Source: Spongospora subterranea f. sp. subterranea (lineage: Eukaryota). Taken from it: DNA of 43,440 bases. The stretch spans positions 1-43,440 of the forward strand of contig JAUGWO010000050.1 in NCBI GenBank assembly GCA_049724395.1, in the 5' to 3' direction. Under the pieces are notes generated by a model. The model worked only from the letters and a program-made list of their open reading frames with translations. It ran no database searches and had not been told where the DNA came from. Each line of letters starts with the position of its first letter. Position 1 is the stretch's first letter. The position numbers were made by a program, and so were the translations under genes. Positions 1 to 9,772 of this stretch are shown one piece after another.

Positions 1-104
1 TCTCTCCCACGACTTACTTGATGATCCAAGTCAGAGCAACCCCTAGCGATAACGATGGTATTGTGATATTGCGGCTCTGGACCTAATCACCCATCTCTAT
101 GATA

Positions 105-791
105 TTATTGAACGGGTTTCAGGTCGGTTGTCACCATGTTCAAGAAATATCGCAACAGAGCCACAACAAGCGCGAATCCAGTTGTTGTGAACTGGTCTAG
201 ATATTTGCCAGTGCTCACGACGACTGCCGTCAGCTCGTGAATAACATTCCAAAACACTTCCGAATCCTTGAATGAGCGCCCGACCGATCTGTTGAGCTCT
301 GAATTCACTATGCTGAGGACATTGATGACCTGATCTTTAAATTTGTAGTGACAGTACACTGAAGTGAGGCTTGATCGGACATCGGCAACGGAACTGCTCT
401 GCCAAATAATGGTCAATCGATTGCAATGAGTTCATCAACCCTTCTCGTTGTTTGTCTTCTGTCGCAATACTTTTCATCTCACCAAGTACACTGGAAACCA
501 AGCGTTTAATGCTGGTTTCAATAACCGGCCCATAATCACATGTTGCTGCTAAAGTGAGATTATAGAGTTCGTCCTTGAGGTACGATAGCGAACATCTCTG
601 TTTGATCAGGTCAATTACCCTCATCGTCTCGTATGAAATAATGATCTTCCATTCATTGGCAATTTTCACCTTTTCCAGGGCGGTCCGCCCTTCATTGATC
701 AGGTCCTGATATTTATCGTCCAATGGCCCATCTAGTAGTGACGTCTCTGTACTTGTCGTGGGGCTCCCCTTTCCCCAGGATTATTGATCAT
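105..791 (-). pseudogene. Unknown helical protein family, copy A (frameshifted)
   Basis: ORFs 337-723 and 105-416 together align with the intact copies (DDKYQDLINEG...AAxCxYGPV...DQVINVL...EVFWxxxHELT...GFALVVALLRYFLNM...KPVQ). ATG at 791. Frameshifts near 765 and 416. Confidence 0.85.
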
Positions 792-1848
792 GTCCTCCAA
801 CTCTAATTGCTCCAAACAACGCCAATATCAAAATGAACCCTCTTCTGTTCATCAAATGTTTCCATCATGGTCCGATATCGATCCTGTTGGTGTAGCGCCA
901 GACGCCAGTGCGCCAAACGGTAAACGGCTACTGTGAGAAGTATAATAATAGGGGATGAGTACTGTATGGAATGGTATCGCCAGTTATACTATCCCCATTA
1001 ATCAGGTGCCAACTCAAAACACAAGTGACCTTTTTCTGTTCCACAGGCCACAGCCCTTCCATGATTGCATTGGGGGAAGAACGCTCTATCTCTTCGAGCA
1101 TCGTCGGCTTCTCTTTATGAAAAGAGTATTTGGGCCCAGAGAGGGGAGAACACGCAGATCGCGATCGTGCATTCAGCGCTGGGGAAGTTTACCTGCAGAA
1201 GGTTATCTATCGGACGACAGCTGGTTGATGATGTCGTGGGAATTGGTACTGGCGGCTGACAGCTACTTCGTCATGATCCATCATTGAGGGATCGGAACTC
1301 TGCCAGATCTGACCAGAACGCGTGATCAGAACGCGGATGACAACCAGCGGTCTAATCTGGCGATGACGTAGATCGTGAAGTAAATCGATCGCCGCATGAA
1401 GGTCAAGATTGGGGAAAGCGCTCGCCAAGCGAGGCGTGGAGCGTAATATAATTTTACCAAGAAAGCGAGTCAAGAAAGCGAAATTCAACGTCGCTGGATG
1501 GAGCTCAAGGGCTACAAGTTGAAGATCTTTCGACAATGACCGCAATTTGTATAGCATCAAGAGCATGGCGAAACAGCTCGAAACCAATCCTGTAAATTGG
1601 ACGAAAAGGGAAACTACGATCCTGATCCTAAGTAAGGGTCCCGTATTCATTGAAGCATGCGGCAGCCGCCATTTTCAACGAGGCAATGGCAACAGGAATC
1701 TTAACGCAGATCATCCATCGGTGAAACTGCTCTAATTTCCCTCGATCGTTCAATGCTTCGAGTCGTTGACAGCAGATCGGCATACGAGCTCCGGTTCCGG
1801 CAGAATCCCGACTTCAGAACAACCACAAAATTTCAAAGCGTCAGGTCA

Positions 1849-2035
1849 ACCAGAGGAAGATGAAGAAAAATCACACGAAATCATGCACAACATCTTGGGC
1901 TTCGGCGACAGTTTTCTGTTCGCTGCCGAAATCATCTTTTGCAATGCGATAAAGCGATATCGGCAGCAAACAGAAAACTGTCGCCAAAGCCCAAGATGCT
2001 GTGCATGATTTCGTTCAATTTTTTTCTCCTCTGGT
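1849..2035. repeat. Fold-back / MITE-like inverted repeat
   Basis: cgaaatcatgcacaacatcttgggcttcggcgacagttttctgttcgctgccga (about 1876-1929) pairs with tcggcagcaaacagaaaactgtcgccaaagcccaagatgctgtgcatgatttcg (about 1960-2013). Outer arms accagagga / tcctctggt. Confidence 0.8.
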
Positions 2036-2292
2036 AATGATCTACTCAGTTTTTTATTCAGTTGTATGTGAACAAGCGGTTACCTAAGACAGAATGTTGT
2101 CTGTTTCTAAGTTACTGATGTTGAGACCTGAAGTGTATGGATTGCTCAATAAAGAAAACCTGACCAAGAGATCCAGCAGAAAGACTTTGCAAGTGACGCC
2201 ACGAATGAATGTCGGATGAAGTATCGGTCGTGGAGAAAGTGAGGCTTCCTCATATCAACTGGGGATGGTTTGAGCCCTCTAGATGTGTATAA

Positions 2293-4204
2293 TGTTAGGA
2301 ACTGCGCCCGAGATACACAGTTACCAACTGACCCAAAAGGTACTATGATGGCACATGGCCATCATTCTGGGGTCCTTATATACCTAAGACTTTTGGATCA
2401 TGACAGTATCCCCCTGTTTAGGAGCGACCCCCATGACCTTCCAGCCCCCGTGCGACTTCCTAGATTATCCTCTGACTGGTGAGCATAGAAACGATATAAG
2501 ACAGTTGAGAGAGAAGGAAGAAGACGAAACAATCCAGTCAGGCGGGGAAGTCTGACCACGAAAGGTATATAAGGCAAACCCCATGCCGTTACATGTAAGC
2601 CGCGAGTGACCCCAAAATGCTGTGATCGAACTCACGACCTTGGTAGCGAATGCGGCGTCCATTAAATTTGTGCAAGCCCCGCTATCCAATAACAGATCAG
2701 TACTACTGTGAATCGCAACACCGTCTGGAGACAAAATGGAGAACGGAAACGTACAAGCCGACGAAAACCGAGCGTAAATCGAATTTGAAGCGTTGTATTG
2801 GTCTTTCCGTGCTATCGCAGGGCAATGCTCAATCGAATGAGAGCCTCCACAGTAAGGGCACAACCCGAGGCGCCGTCGACGATTTTTCTCTTCATCTGTA
2901 ATGGGACCGCGTGGACCGCTTCGTTGCTGTTGAGGAGTGTGGGACTGGGCCGGATGGTGTTGGGTCGGAAGGGGAGGATGGGATGGGGGGCCGGTTCGAA
3001 TGGCTTCCATCTTTGAGTTGAACGACGTCGCGGTGGTCACTAGTTGGTCCAAGGACACGAACGGGTTTCCCGTACCTTCCGACAATATGAGCATCCGTTG
3101 GAGATCATGTGGAAGTCCTTGACGGAATTGGTGGATCAGCGTCGATTGAGTCCAGTCAACGTCTTGCGACAGTAACCGGAAATCATTGCAGTATTTTCCA
3201 AGGTCAGATCCCATCCTCAGCCGGCGCAGGGAATCAGCAGCTTTGCCAGCCCGGTCGGGATCGTCAAAGGCAATGGTGAATGCCGTGATGAATGCATTGA
3301 GATCGGTCAGTATGGGGCCAGGAGCTCCATAAAACGGTGTCAGCCAGGCCCGTGCTTGCCCGGTAAGCAACGAACAGATTAACGCAATACGTTGAGTGTC
3401 GTTGGAATATGTCAGCGGCTGTGCTGTTAGAAACTGTTGCACTTGGCCTAACCAATGCCGAAACATGACTCTATCTCCTGCGTAAGCTTCTGGCATTTTC
3501 AGCTTGGGATCCTTTCCCTGAGGGAGCGATGGGGTAGGAATTGAGGACTGGGGCTGGGTGTCTTCGGCGGGACTGGCGAGGATTGAGGAAGGTGATGTCG
3601 CTGTCGCCAGGAATGTGGAGAGTTGATCGACTAGTTGATTGAACCTGTCGTTTGTTGACCGCTGATAGGTATTAAGTTGTTCCCGCGATTCTGCCAGTTG
3701 TCGTGCAACTTCCGCGAGCTGCTCTGCGGTGGTGGTCTGCCGAGTTGTAATCGTGTCCCCATTCGTCATGGCGGATCGTCGGATTTGCGGTAAAGAGGGT
3801 GTCACGTTCGAGAGAGGTTAAGTTAGCTGTTAGTTAGGTGAGAGGAGAGGCAGGGAGGTTAGCGACAAAAGTTAGAGGTGGTAAGTTATAGAAGTATAGA
3901 GATGGTAGTTAGAGAGAGGAAGAGAGTGGGCAATAGAGAGGGAGAGGTTAAGTGAGTATAGGGAGGTGGAGAGTTGAAGGTAGGCGGGGTGGCCTTACCA
4001 GCTCCAAACATCATATCCACCCCTTATATGTCATGATCCAAAAGTCTTAGGTATATAAGGACCCGAGAATGATGGCCATGTGCCATCATAATGTTAGGAA
4101 CTGCGCCCGAGATACACAGTTACCAACTGACCCAAAAGGTACTATGATGGCACATGGCCATCATTCTCGGGTCCTTATATACCTAAGACTTTTGGATCAT
4201 GACA
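2293..4204 (-). mobile_element. Non-autonomous Ty3/gypsy LTR retrotransposon (gag plus protease start only)
   Basis: 113-bp LTRs at 2293-2405 and 4092-4204 (TGTCA...TAACA on the minus strand, one mismatch seen). 5-bp TSD TATAA at 2288-2292 and 4205-4209. Polypurine tract aaacaggggg just before the 3' LTR. Confidence 0.92.
2465..3769 (-). CDS. Retrotransposon Gag with CCHC zinc knuckle and truncated aspartic protease
   Basis: PEAYAGDR...FRHWL...LTGQARAW gag motif; CPYCGGSHSIEHC knuckle; LLDSGA protease motif. No RT, RNase H or integrase follows. First ATG at 3769. Confidence 0.9.
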   Translation of the reverse strand: MTNGDTITTRQTTTAEQLAEVARQLAESREQLNTYQRSTNDRFNQLVDQLSTFLATATSPSSILASPAEDTQPQSSIPTPSLPQGKDPKLKMPEAYAGDRVMFRHWLGQVQQFLTAQPLTYSNDTQRIALICSLLTGQARAWLTPFYGAPGPILTDLNAFITAFTIAFDDPDRAGKAADSLRRLRMGSDLGKYCNDFRLLSQDVDWTQSTLIHQFRQGLPHDLQRMLILSEGTGNPFVSLDQLVTTATSFNSKMEAIRTGPPSHPPLPTQHHPAQSHTPQQQRSGPRGPITDEEKNRRRRLGLCPYCGGSHSIEHCPAIARKDQYNASNSIYARFSSACTFPFSILSPDGVAIHSSTDLLLDSGACTNLMDAAFATKVVSSITAFWGHSRLTCNGMGFALYTFRGQTSPPDWIVSSSSFSLNCLISFLCSPVRG

Positions 4205-4252
4205 TATAAGAGGTGGATATGATGTTTGGAGCTGGTAAGGCCACCCCGCCTA
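3981..4252. repeat. 110-bp inverted duplication spanning the 5' LTR/flank junction
   Basis: 3981-4090 is the reverse complement of 4143-4252 with one mismatch seen; 52-bp loop. Confidence 0.9.
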
Positions 4253-4445
4253 ATGCGAAGTAATCCATCCCCACCCCAATCATTAAGCGGTGGCCCAACA
4301 GCCCCAAACTTCATATCCACCTCTTCTACACTTCTAGAGGGCTCAAACCATCCACAGTTGATATGAGGAAGCCTCACTTTCTCCACCAATGATACTTGAT
4401 CCGACATTCATAATGACGACCTCTCCCTTGCAGGCTGCCCTGGAC

Positions 4446-5476
4446 CCTCGGTGGCAGTTTTCGAGGAATCCGAGCTAACAGTCTCGAGCACATTGTGTCC
4501 AGCGTGTGTGCAAACCGATCCAACAAATCAACGTCGTCATCTGGCCCTTTCACGCCCAGTGACCCTCAGCCCAATATTACTTCCGTATTCTCTTCCGACA
4601 CCCTGTCGAGTTTCGGCTCGATGGATTGCTCAAGTTACTTTCGCAATCTTGATCAGCCTTCGAATGCCCTTCAGAATCGTCAAGCAGAGGTGGAAATTAC
4701 TGCATTAACCATGTCGGTGGGGAGTTCGACACCAATCAACTCCTGGCATTCAGTATTTCCCACACTGCTTGGCGATTGATAAGGGGGAATTCGCTTGATG
4801 ATCAACACTACAAATGTAGTTTGGCGATAGGACCAACGGTTTTGAATGAATACCTTCCGGGGCCCGCCCTTACACAGTGTTTCTACTGGAACCGGCAGTT
4901 GTTTGTCAACAAAATTTTCAGAATTTCCAAAACACCGAATTAGGACCTGCCAACGATGTTGCCCGCTCCCACCCGCACGATGACAAGTTCCCGACCGTTA
5001 TGAATGAACGGTTTTTGAAATTTATAAAAGTCGGGACCCGCACATAGACCTGGCAACGACCTGGGCCCGGCAGTTGCTTGTCACCCATATCCGTTGTGTA
5101 TAACATGCCTCGTCAACGACGGCCGGTTCCCGAAGTTCGGCGTCGTGATGGAGCAGCAGGACTCCACAGCTCGGCAAACTACCAATAGCGACGGGCCGCA
5201 GCCAGTTGACATGGCAGTTCAAGCGATGGCCACAGGTATCAAAGTTAATTTCGACGATTACGCTCCTCCGACGGGAACTTGCAATGACGAGTCATCAGGC
5301 GCGTTTCGAGCCACACAAACGGCGGCCGCCAAGATTTCACAGCAGCGTAGGTTGTGTGACAAAAGAACACACAGGGCTGGAGCAGCACATCACAAAAATA
5401 TCGACAAGCCTCGGTGGCAGTTTGGAGGAGTTCGAGCTAACAGTCTCGAGCACATTGTGTCCAGCGTGTGTGCAAA
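4446..5476 (+). repeat. ~68-bp direct repeat pair (4446-4514 and 5409-5476)
   Basis: cctcggtggcagttt...cgagctaacagtctcgagcacattgtgtccagcgtgtgtgcaaa is present twice about 960 bp apart. Confidence 0.85.
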
Positions 5477-5601
5477 GTTTCAGACCGATTGGAAAACGGC
5501 TTTGATTCTGCAATTCCAGAGTCACAATAAAGCTTGTTGTGGCTCTTGCTATTGTCCCCTTTTGGTGTCAAAGCGCGCCCTATTAAATGTGCGTTGCCAG
5601 T

Positions 5602-5673
5602 CATGCCGCCTCCGTGCCGTGTCGTCACCGTGCCATGCCGCCTCCATGCCGTGTCGTCACCGTGCCATGCCGC
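5602..5673 (+). repeat. GC-rich 32-bp tandem repeat (2.25 copies)
   Basis: Unit catgccgcctccRtgccgtgtcgtcaccgtgc at 5602 and 5634, partial at 5666. Confidence 0.85.
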
Positions 5674-5859
5674 ACTCAAGTGACAGTGCGTGGTCGCCAT
5701 GCCACGGCCAACGAGGGTACCGTTCAATCTCACTGGCTTTGGTCATTGTTATAATGGTTCGTCTTGGGAACGCGGCTGATCGTGAGATGCCGTCTCCGAA
5801 GCGTGAGCGCCGGGGCCGGCAATCGTCGGCGTGATCCTAATCTTCCACCTCGTGCCGCC

Positions 5860-6400
5860 CAGTTCTAAAGTTTCCCTTGGTTTTGGTCTGACCATCGATT
5901 ATGGTCAGTGTACGGATTTTGCTGCTGCAAAGAAAACGTTTGAGGGTTTTGGTGCTGTTTACTATGTGTTCGTTCGTGAGAAAGGCAAGAAGACTGAACA
6001 TGAACATCTTCAAGGTTACATCTTTTGTCAAAACAGTCGCACAGTTCAATTGTTGATCGATGATTTCTACCCTTAGGCTCCAACCGTTGATGTTGCCCGT
6101 GCTGATGCGTGTCGTAACTTGGTTTATTGTTCGAGCGATTTCGTTGAATTCGGCGTTTCGGCCCAAGACGGCTGTTGAAAAAGGCGAGGGGGAACAACAA
6201 CGTTGGACGACTGCGCGTGGTTTAGCAATTGAGGACAAGATTGACGACATTGAACATGAATTATCAATCAAGTATTTTGATTGTTTGAAGACGATGGCGC
6301 GTGACAAACATGGCCATGATGTTGGCCGTGGTGATACACCAGACCTGGTCGAGCCATTTGTGATCATTGCCCTTCCGCAGACAGGAGCGAACGGTCTCAG
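5860..6400 (+). pseudogene. Endogenous CRESS-DNA virus Rep (HUH endonuclease) remnant
   Basis: In one frame: motif I-like GLTID, YYVFVREKGKKTEHEHLQGYI (motif II HLQG at 6005-6016), stop at 6074-6076, then NLVYCSSDFVEFG (motif III-like). After a frameshift near 6157: RPKT..KGEGEQQRW...LA...IDDI..EL.IKYF..LK, like the Rep oligomerisation linker. No intact Walker A. Confidence 0.78.
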
Positions 6401-6599
6401 GAGCGGCATCGTGACTGATTTAAAGAACGAGCACATCAACCTCAACTGCTATTGCAGCTTCAGTGATTAGGCTAATAATGTTTTGTTTGACTCGTTTGAT
6501 TTGCTAAATCGTTATTACAGGTCACAATTCTATGTCGGTATTGTTCAGATCTGGGCTTCGTTCCCGAATTCCTTTATTGTGATATCATTCAACGGGTTT

Positions 6600-6746
6600 A
6601 CGTTTATTTGGCGCCATGATCATGAAGTATTGTAATGGAGACACAACGACCGCGAATTCAGAATTTGTGATTTGGACGTTTGTTTGGCGCCACGATCAGG
6701 AAGTATTGCAATAGAGACACAACGACCGCGAATTCAGAACTTGTGA
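6600..6746. repeat. 76-bp tandem duplication of the family 3' end
   Basis: gagacacaacgaccgcgaattcagaa at 6638 and 6714. The ancestral ...NKRKPVE* ending lies out of frame at about 6586-6670. Confidence 0.8.
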
Positions 6747-7341
6747 CCTCGTCCATAACGACACCATTATTCACGACTACAGTCAGCTCGTGCATAATAT
6801 CCCAAAACATTTCATCATTCTCGAACAAGCACTGGTGCGATTTTTTGATCTCCGAAAGGACCATGGCGAGAACATTGATGATCTGATCGTGAAATTCAAA
6901 GAATGAACACACTGATCGCAACTTGGTTTTGAAAGCGATGACATTTCTGCAATCTATTGCAATCTTCGCCCATGATAACGAGCACTGCAGCCTATCTCGT
7001 AGCTCGACTTTTGCTTCTGTAGTGGTCATATCTTTGAGGACCATGGAAACCACCTCTCCCATCCTGTTTTCAGTTAATGCCCCATAATGACCGTTTGCCG
7101 CTAGACAAAGGTCATCGAGTGCCGTCCTGATGTCATTTAGTGATGAACGTTTTGATACGAGGTTCAATACGTTCTCTGTCTCGGATGAAATAACTTTCCA
7201 CCAGACATCGTCCACTTGCACCTTTCCCAAGGCGCTTTGCCCCTCGTTAATCAAGTCCTGATATTTATCGTCCGATGGCCAATCTAATCGTGACGTCCCT
7301 GTACTTGTCGTGGAAATGGTCTCCCAGTTATTATAGCTCAT
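6658..7341 (-). CDS. Unknown helical protein family, copy B (open, 227 aa)
   Basis: Uninterrupted ORF from ATG (MSYNNWET) with all family motifs; C-terminus altered by the tandem duplication. Confidence 0.8.
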   Translation of the reverse strand: MSYNNWETISTTSTGTSRLDWPSDDKYQDLINEGQSALGKVQVDDVWWKVISSETENVLNLVSKRSSLNDIRTALDDLCLAANGHYGALTENRMGEVVSMVLKDMTTTEAKVELRDRLQCSLSWAKIAIDCRNVIAFKTKLRSVCSFFEFHDQIINVLAMVLSEIKKSHQCLFENDEMFWDIMHELTVVVNNGVVMDEVTSSEFAVVVSLLQYFLIVAPNKRPNHKF

Positions 7342-8098
7342 CTTCTTAAACTTCAATTGATCCAAACAGAACCAATATCTAAATGATCATTCTTCTGTTC
7401 ATCAGGGTCTCTTCATCAAGGACCGAAATCGGACCGATGTCGGTCCGATTATCAAAGGCGACTGGGATTATCGGAGATATTGTGTCAGGTTTCGGCCGCT
7501 GTCCTCCGAACGATTGTATGGGCGATCTAATTCCACGACATGTTCAGAGTCGCCACATTTAGGAGCCGGCCATTGGACGATAAATGATCAAGAGTTGATC
7601 AAAGGAAGGACAGAAAACTCTGGGAAAGATGAAAATGTTGATCGAGAATGGAAGAAAGTTATTTCATAGGAGACGGAAAACTTGTTCAACAACGTGCTAC
7701 ATCAAGGAAGAACTCGATAACCTCTGTTTAGTGGCAAACTGTCAATATGGGCCTGTTAATGATAACAGAATGACACAATTGATTCCAAATGTGCTCCAGA
7801 CGATGAACGGATACGAAACGGCAGATAAGCACCGAGACAAGTTGTTGAAATGGTCGATAGGGATTGAATATAGAAATCATATTGACGGTTCAGTCGATGG
7901 TGTGACAGATTGTGTAAAGTGTTATCTCGAACACAGTCTATGATTGAGTTTATCACCATTCACCAATGTTATCGGAATCTGGCAGATACAGGATATCGCC
8001 AACAATATGACATTGTCTGACTGATGTATATCAGCCAATGATTATTGAGCGATAATGAAGCGAGTCCACAGCACCCGACCCGATGGCGATCGCCAAAC
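6986..8098. repeat. Left arm of large inverted segmental duplication (partner 42327-43440)
   Basis: Reverse complement of 42327-43440 with scattered substitutions and indels; ORFs 7629-7943(+) and 42482-42796(-) differ at two residues. Confidence 0.92.
7530..7945 (+). pseudogene. Unknown family, copy C (inverted, degenerate, 3'-truncated)
   Basis: YIKEELDNLCLVANCQYGPVNDNRM matches the family core; multiple frameshifts; divergent to copy B. Confidence 0.8.
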
Positions 8099-8845
8099 CG
8101 TCTGAAAGATTCGAGAATTCTGTACTGGCATTTTCTCGTGATAAAAAAGACTCAATTTCTTATATGGACCTGTCCTATATATAATGGCACTGTCCAATCT
8201 GATTGGGGATATCCAGGTTTGATGAAGGCGAGGACGTCCTCCCGTATTGGGTATATCGTGGCGCAGACGTTTCGGGAAGTCTTTAAACCGATCCTCTCGA
8301 TAGAATATCGTACAGGCAATAGCTGTTGTATATTTCTGGAGTGTAGTATCTGCCTTCAATATCAACATATAGCCAGAATTTGTTTGCTGTGATGATCAAG
8401 CGGCTCTGATCGCTGCTGCAGCTAAAGGTTCATGACTGTTGATTCATGGCCAACATGTCTCCACGCCAAATGCCCAATCATTCTTGCCCCTTTCCACAAC
8501 TCGGTCTGAAATCTGATCATCATTTTCCGAATAACTCTGTTGGCCCCTTACTTGTTCGCCATCCCCATCTGTCTATCGACATGAATCATCATGCCAAACA
8601 CAGTAGTCACCATTGAACCAATCGTGACAGGAAAAGGCTTGAACCGCTGATTTTGGGTTAAAACGCAGTCGATTTCTCCATCATGTGATTCTTTCCCGAT
8701 TACACAAGGGCATTCCTTGATTGACGTTGATTGTTTCAGATTATTGAATCTTTTTGTCAAAAAGTTACACAAAACCTTTTGAGATATTGTCACTTTTGTC
8801 ATCTGGAGCAACCGGACAAAGTTCCCGAATTGATGTATTGTGACA

Positions 8846-9527
8846 CTATTCAACGGGTTTGAGTTTGTTTGACGCCATGTTTAGGAAATGTTGTAACAGC
8901 GACATTGCTAGCGCGAATCCAAATTCTGTGGATTCGTCTGGGGAGACTTTAGTATTTGCGACCGACGTCAGCTCGTGCACAATATCCCAAAACACTTCCC
9001 CATCATCCAATGAGCACTCGTCCGATTTGTTCAGCTCCGACAGGACCAAATTGAGAACATTAAGGATCTGATCATATAATTTGTAGAACGAGCACACCAA
9101 AGTGAACTGGCGTCTGCCAAAGGCAACAGTTCTCTTGTTAATCCCATCTTTTGTCTTTCGCAACGACTCCCACAACCTATCGCATTGCCTGTCTTGAGTT
9201 TCTCTCGTATTCATGTCGTTGATTACAATTTCAATCAATGCCTTCATTCTGTGTTCAGTAACTGGGGCATATTCACAGTTCGCCGCTAGAGAGAGTTCAT
9301 GGAGTGCGGTTCTGATGACAAGTGGCGAATTCTTATCTGACACGAGATTCATTACCCCTTTTCGTCTCAAATACAATAATTTTTTTCCAAACGTCCTCAG
9401 TGTTAACCGTTGCCAAAGCGCTCTTCGCTTCCTTAAACATCTCCTGATGATAAATGTCCAATATTCCATCTGATCGTGGCGTCTCTGTACTTGTCGTGGA
9501 AACAGTCTCCCAATTATTATAACTCAT
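8846..9527 (-). pseudogene. Unknown family, copy D (single frameshift near 9355)
   Basis: MSYNNWETVSTTSTETP in ORF 9333-9767 continues into VMNLVSDK...NKLKPVE in ORF 8846-9469; could be a sequencing error. Confidence 0.82.
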
Positions 9528-9700
9528 GTCCTCAAACTCTAATTTCTCCAAACAGCACCAATATCTAAAATAATGATCCCTCTTCTGTTCATCGCGTTTT
9601 TGTAATCTCAGTCCGATATCGGTCCGATATACGAGTGGTTCTAATCTCCTCTGAATATGAGATCGGTAAATTATCCGCGGGACTTCGTCAATTTTTAGAA

Positions 9701-9772
9701 GTTTGTTCCCCATAAACTGTTTGTTCCCCATAAACTGTTTGTTCCCCATAAACTGTTTGTTCCCCATAAACT
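9701..9772. repeat. Perfect 18-bp minisatellite, 4 copies
   Basis: (gtttgttccccataaact)x4. Confidence 0.95.

Larger units (their letters stand above)
2205..4411. mobile_element. ~290 bp fold-back (MITE-like) element interrupted by the LTR element at 2293-4204
   Basis: 2205-2292 joined to 4210-4246 is the reverse complement of about 4289-4411 (atgaatgtcggat...gagccctctagatgtgta|taagaggtggatatga versus tcatatccacctcttctacacttctagagggctc...atccgacattcat). Confidence 0.8.

Noticed and set aside
730..752. 21-nt GTACAG...CTAG micro-intron linking the leader to the family ORF
   Set aside because: Its length is a multiple of three so it cannot change frame, and the sites are not conserved in copy F.
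955..1735. ORFs 955-1287, 1207-1650 and 1547-1735
   Set aside because: Stop-riddled, no recognisable motif; possibly a decayed gene but not callable.
2205..4411. DIRS/Ngaro tyrosine-recombinase element suggested by mixed direct and inverted repeats
   Set aside because: Fully explained by an LTR pair with TSD and PPT nested in a fold-back element; a protease motif is present and no recombinase.
4572..4580. CAATATTAC as a CRESS origin nonanucleotide
   Set aside because: No flanking stem, and it is 1.3 kb from the Rep remnant.
9701..9772. CRISPR-like array
   Set aside because: Head-to-tail repeats with no spacers, eukaryotic context, no cas genes.
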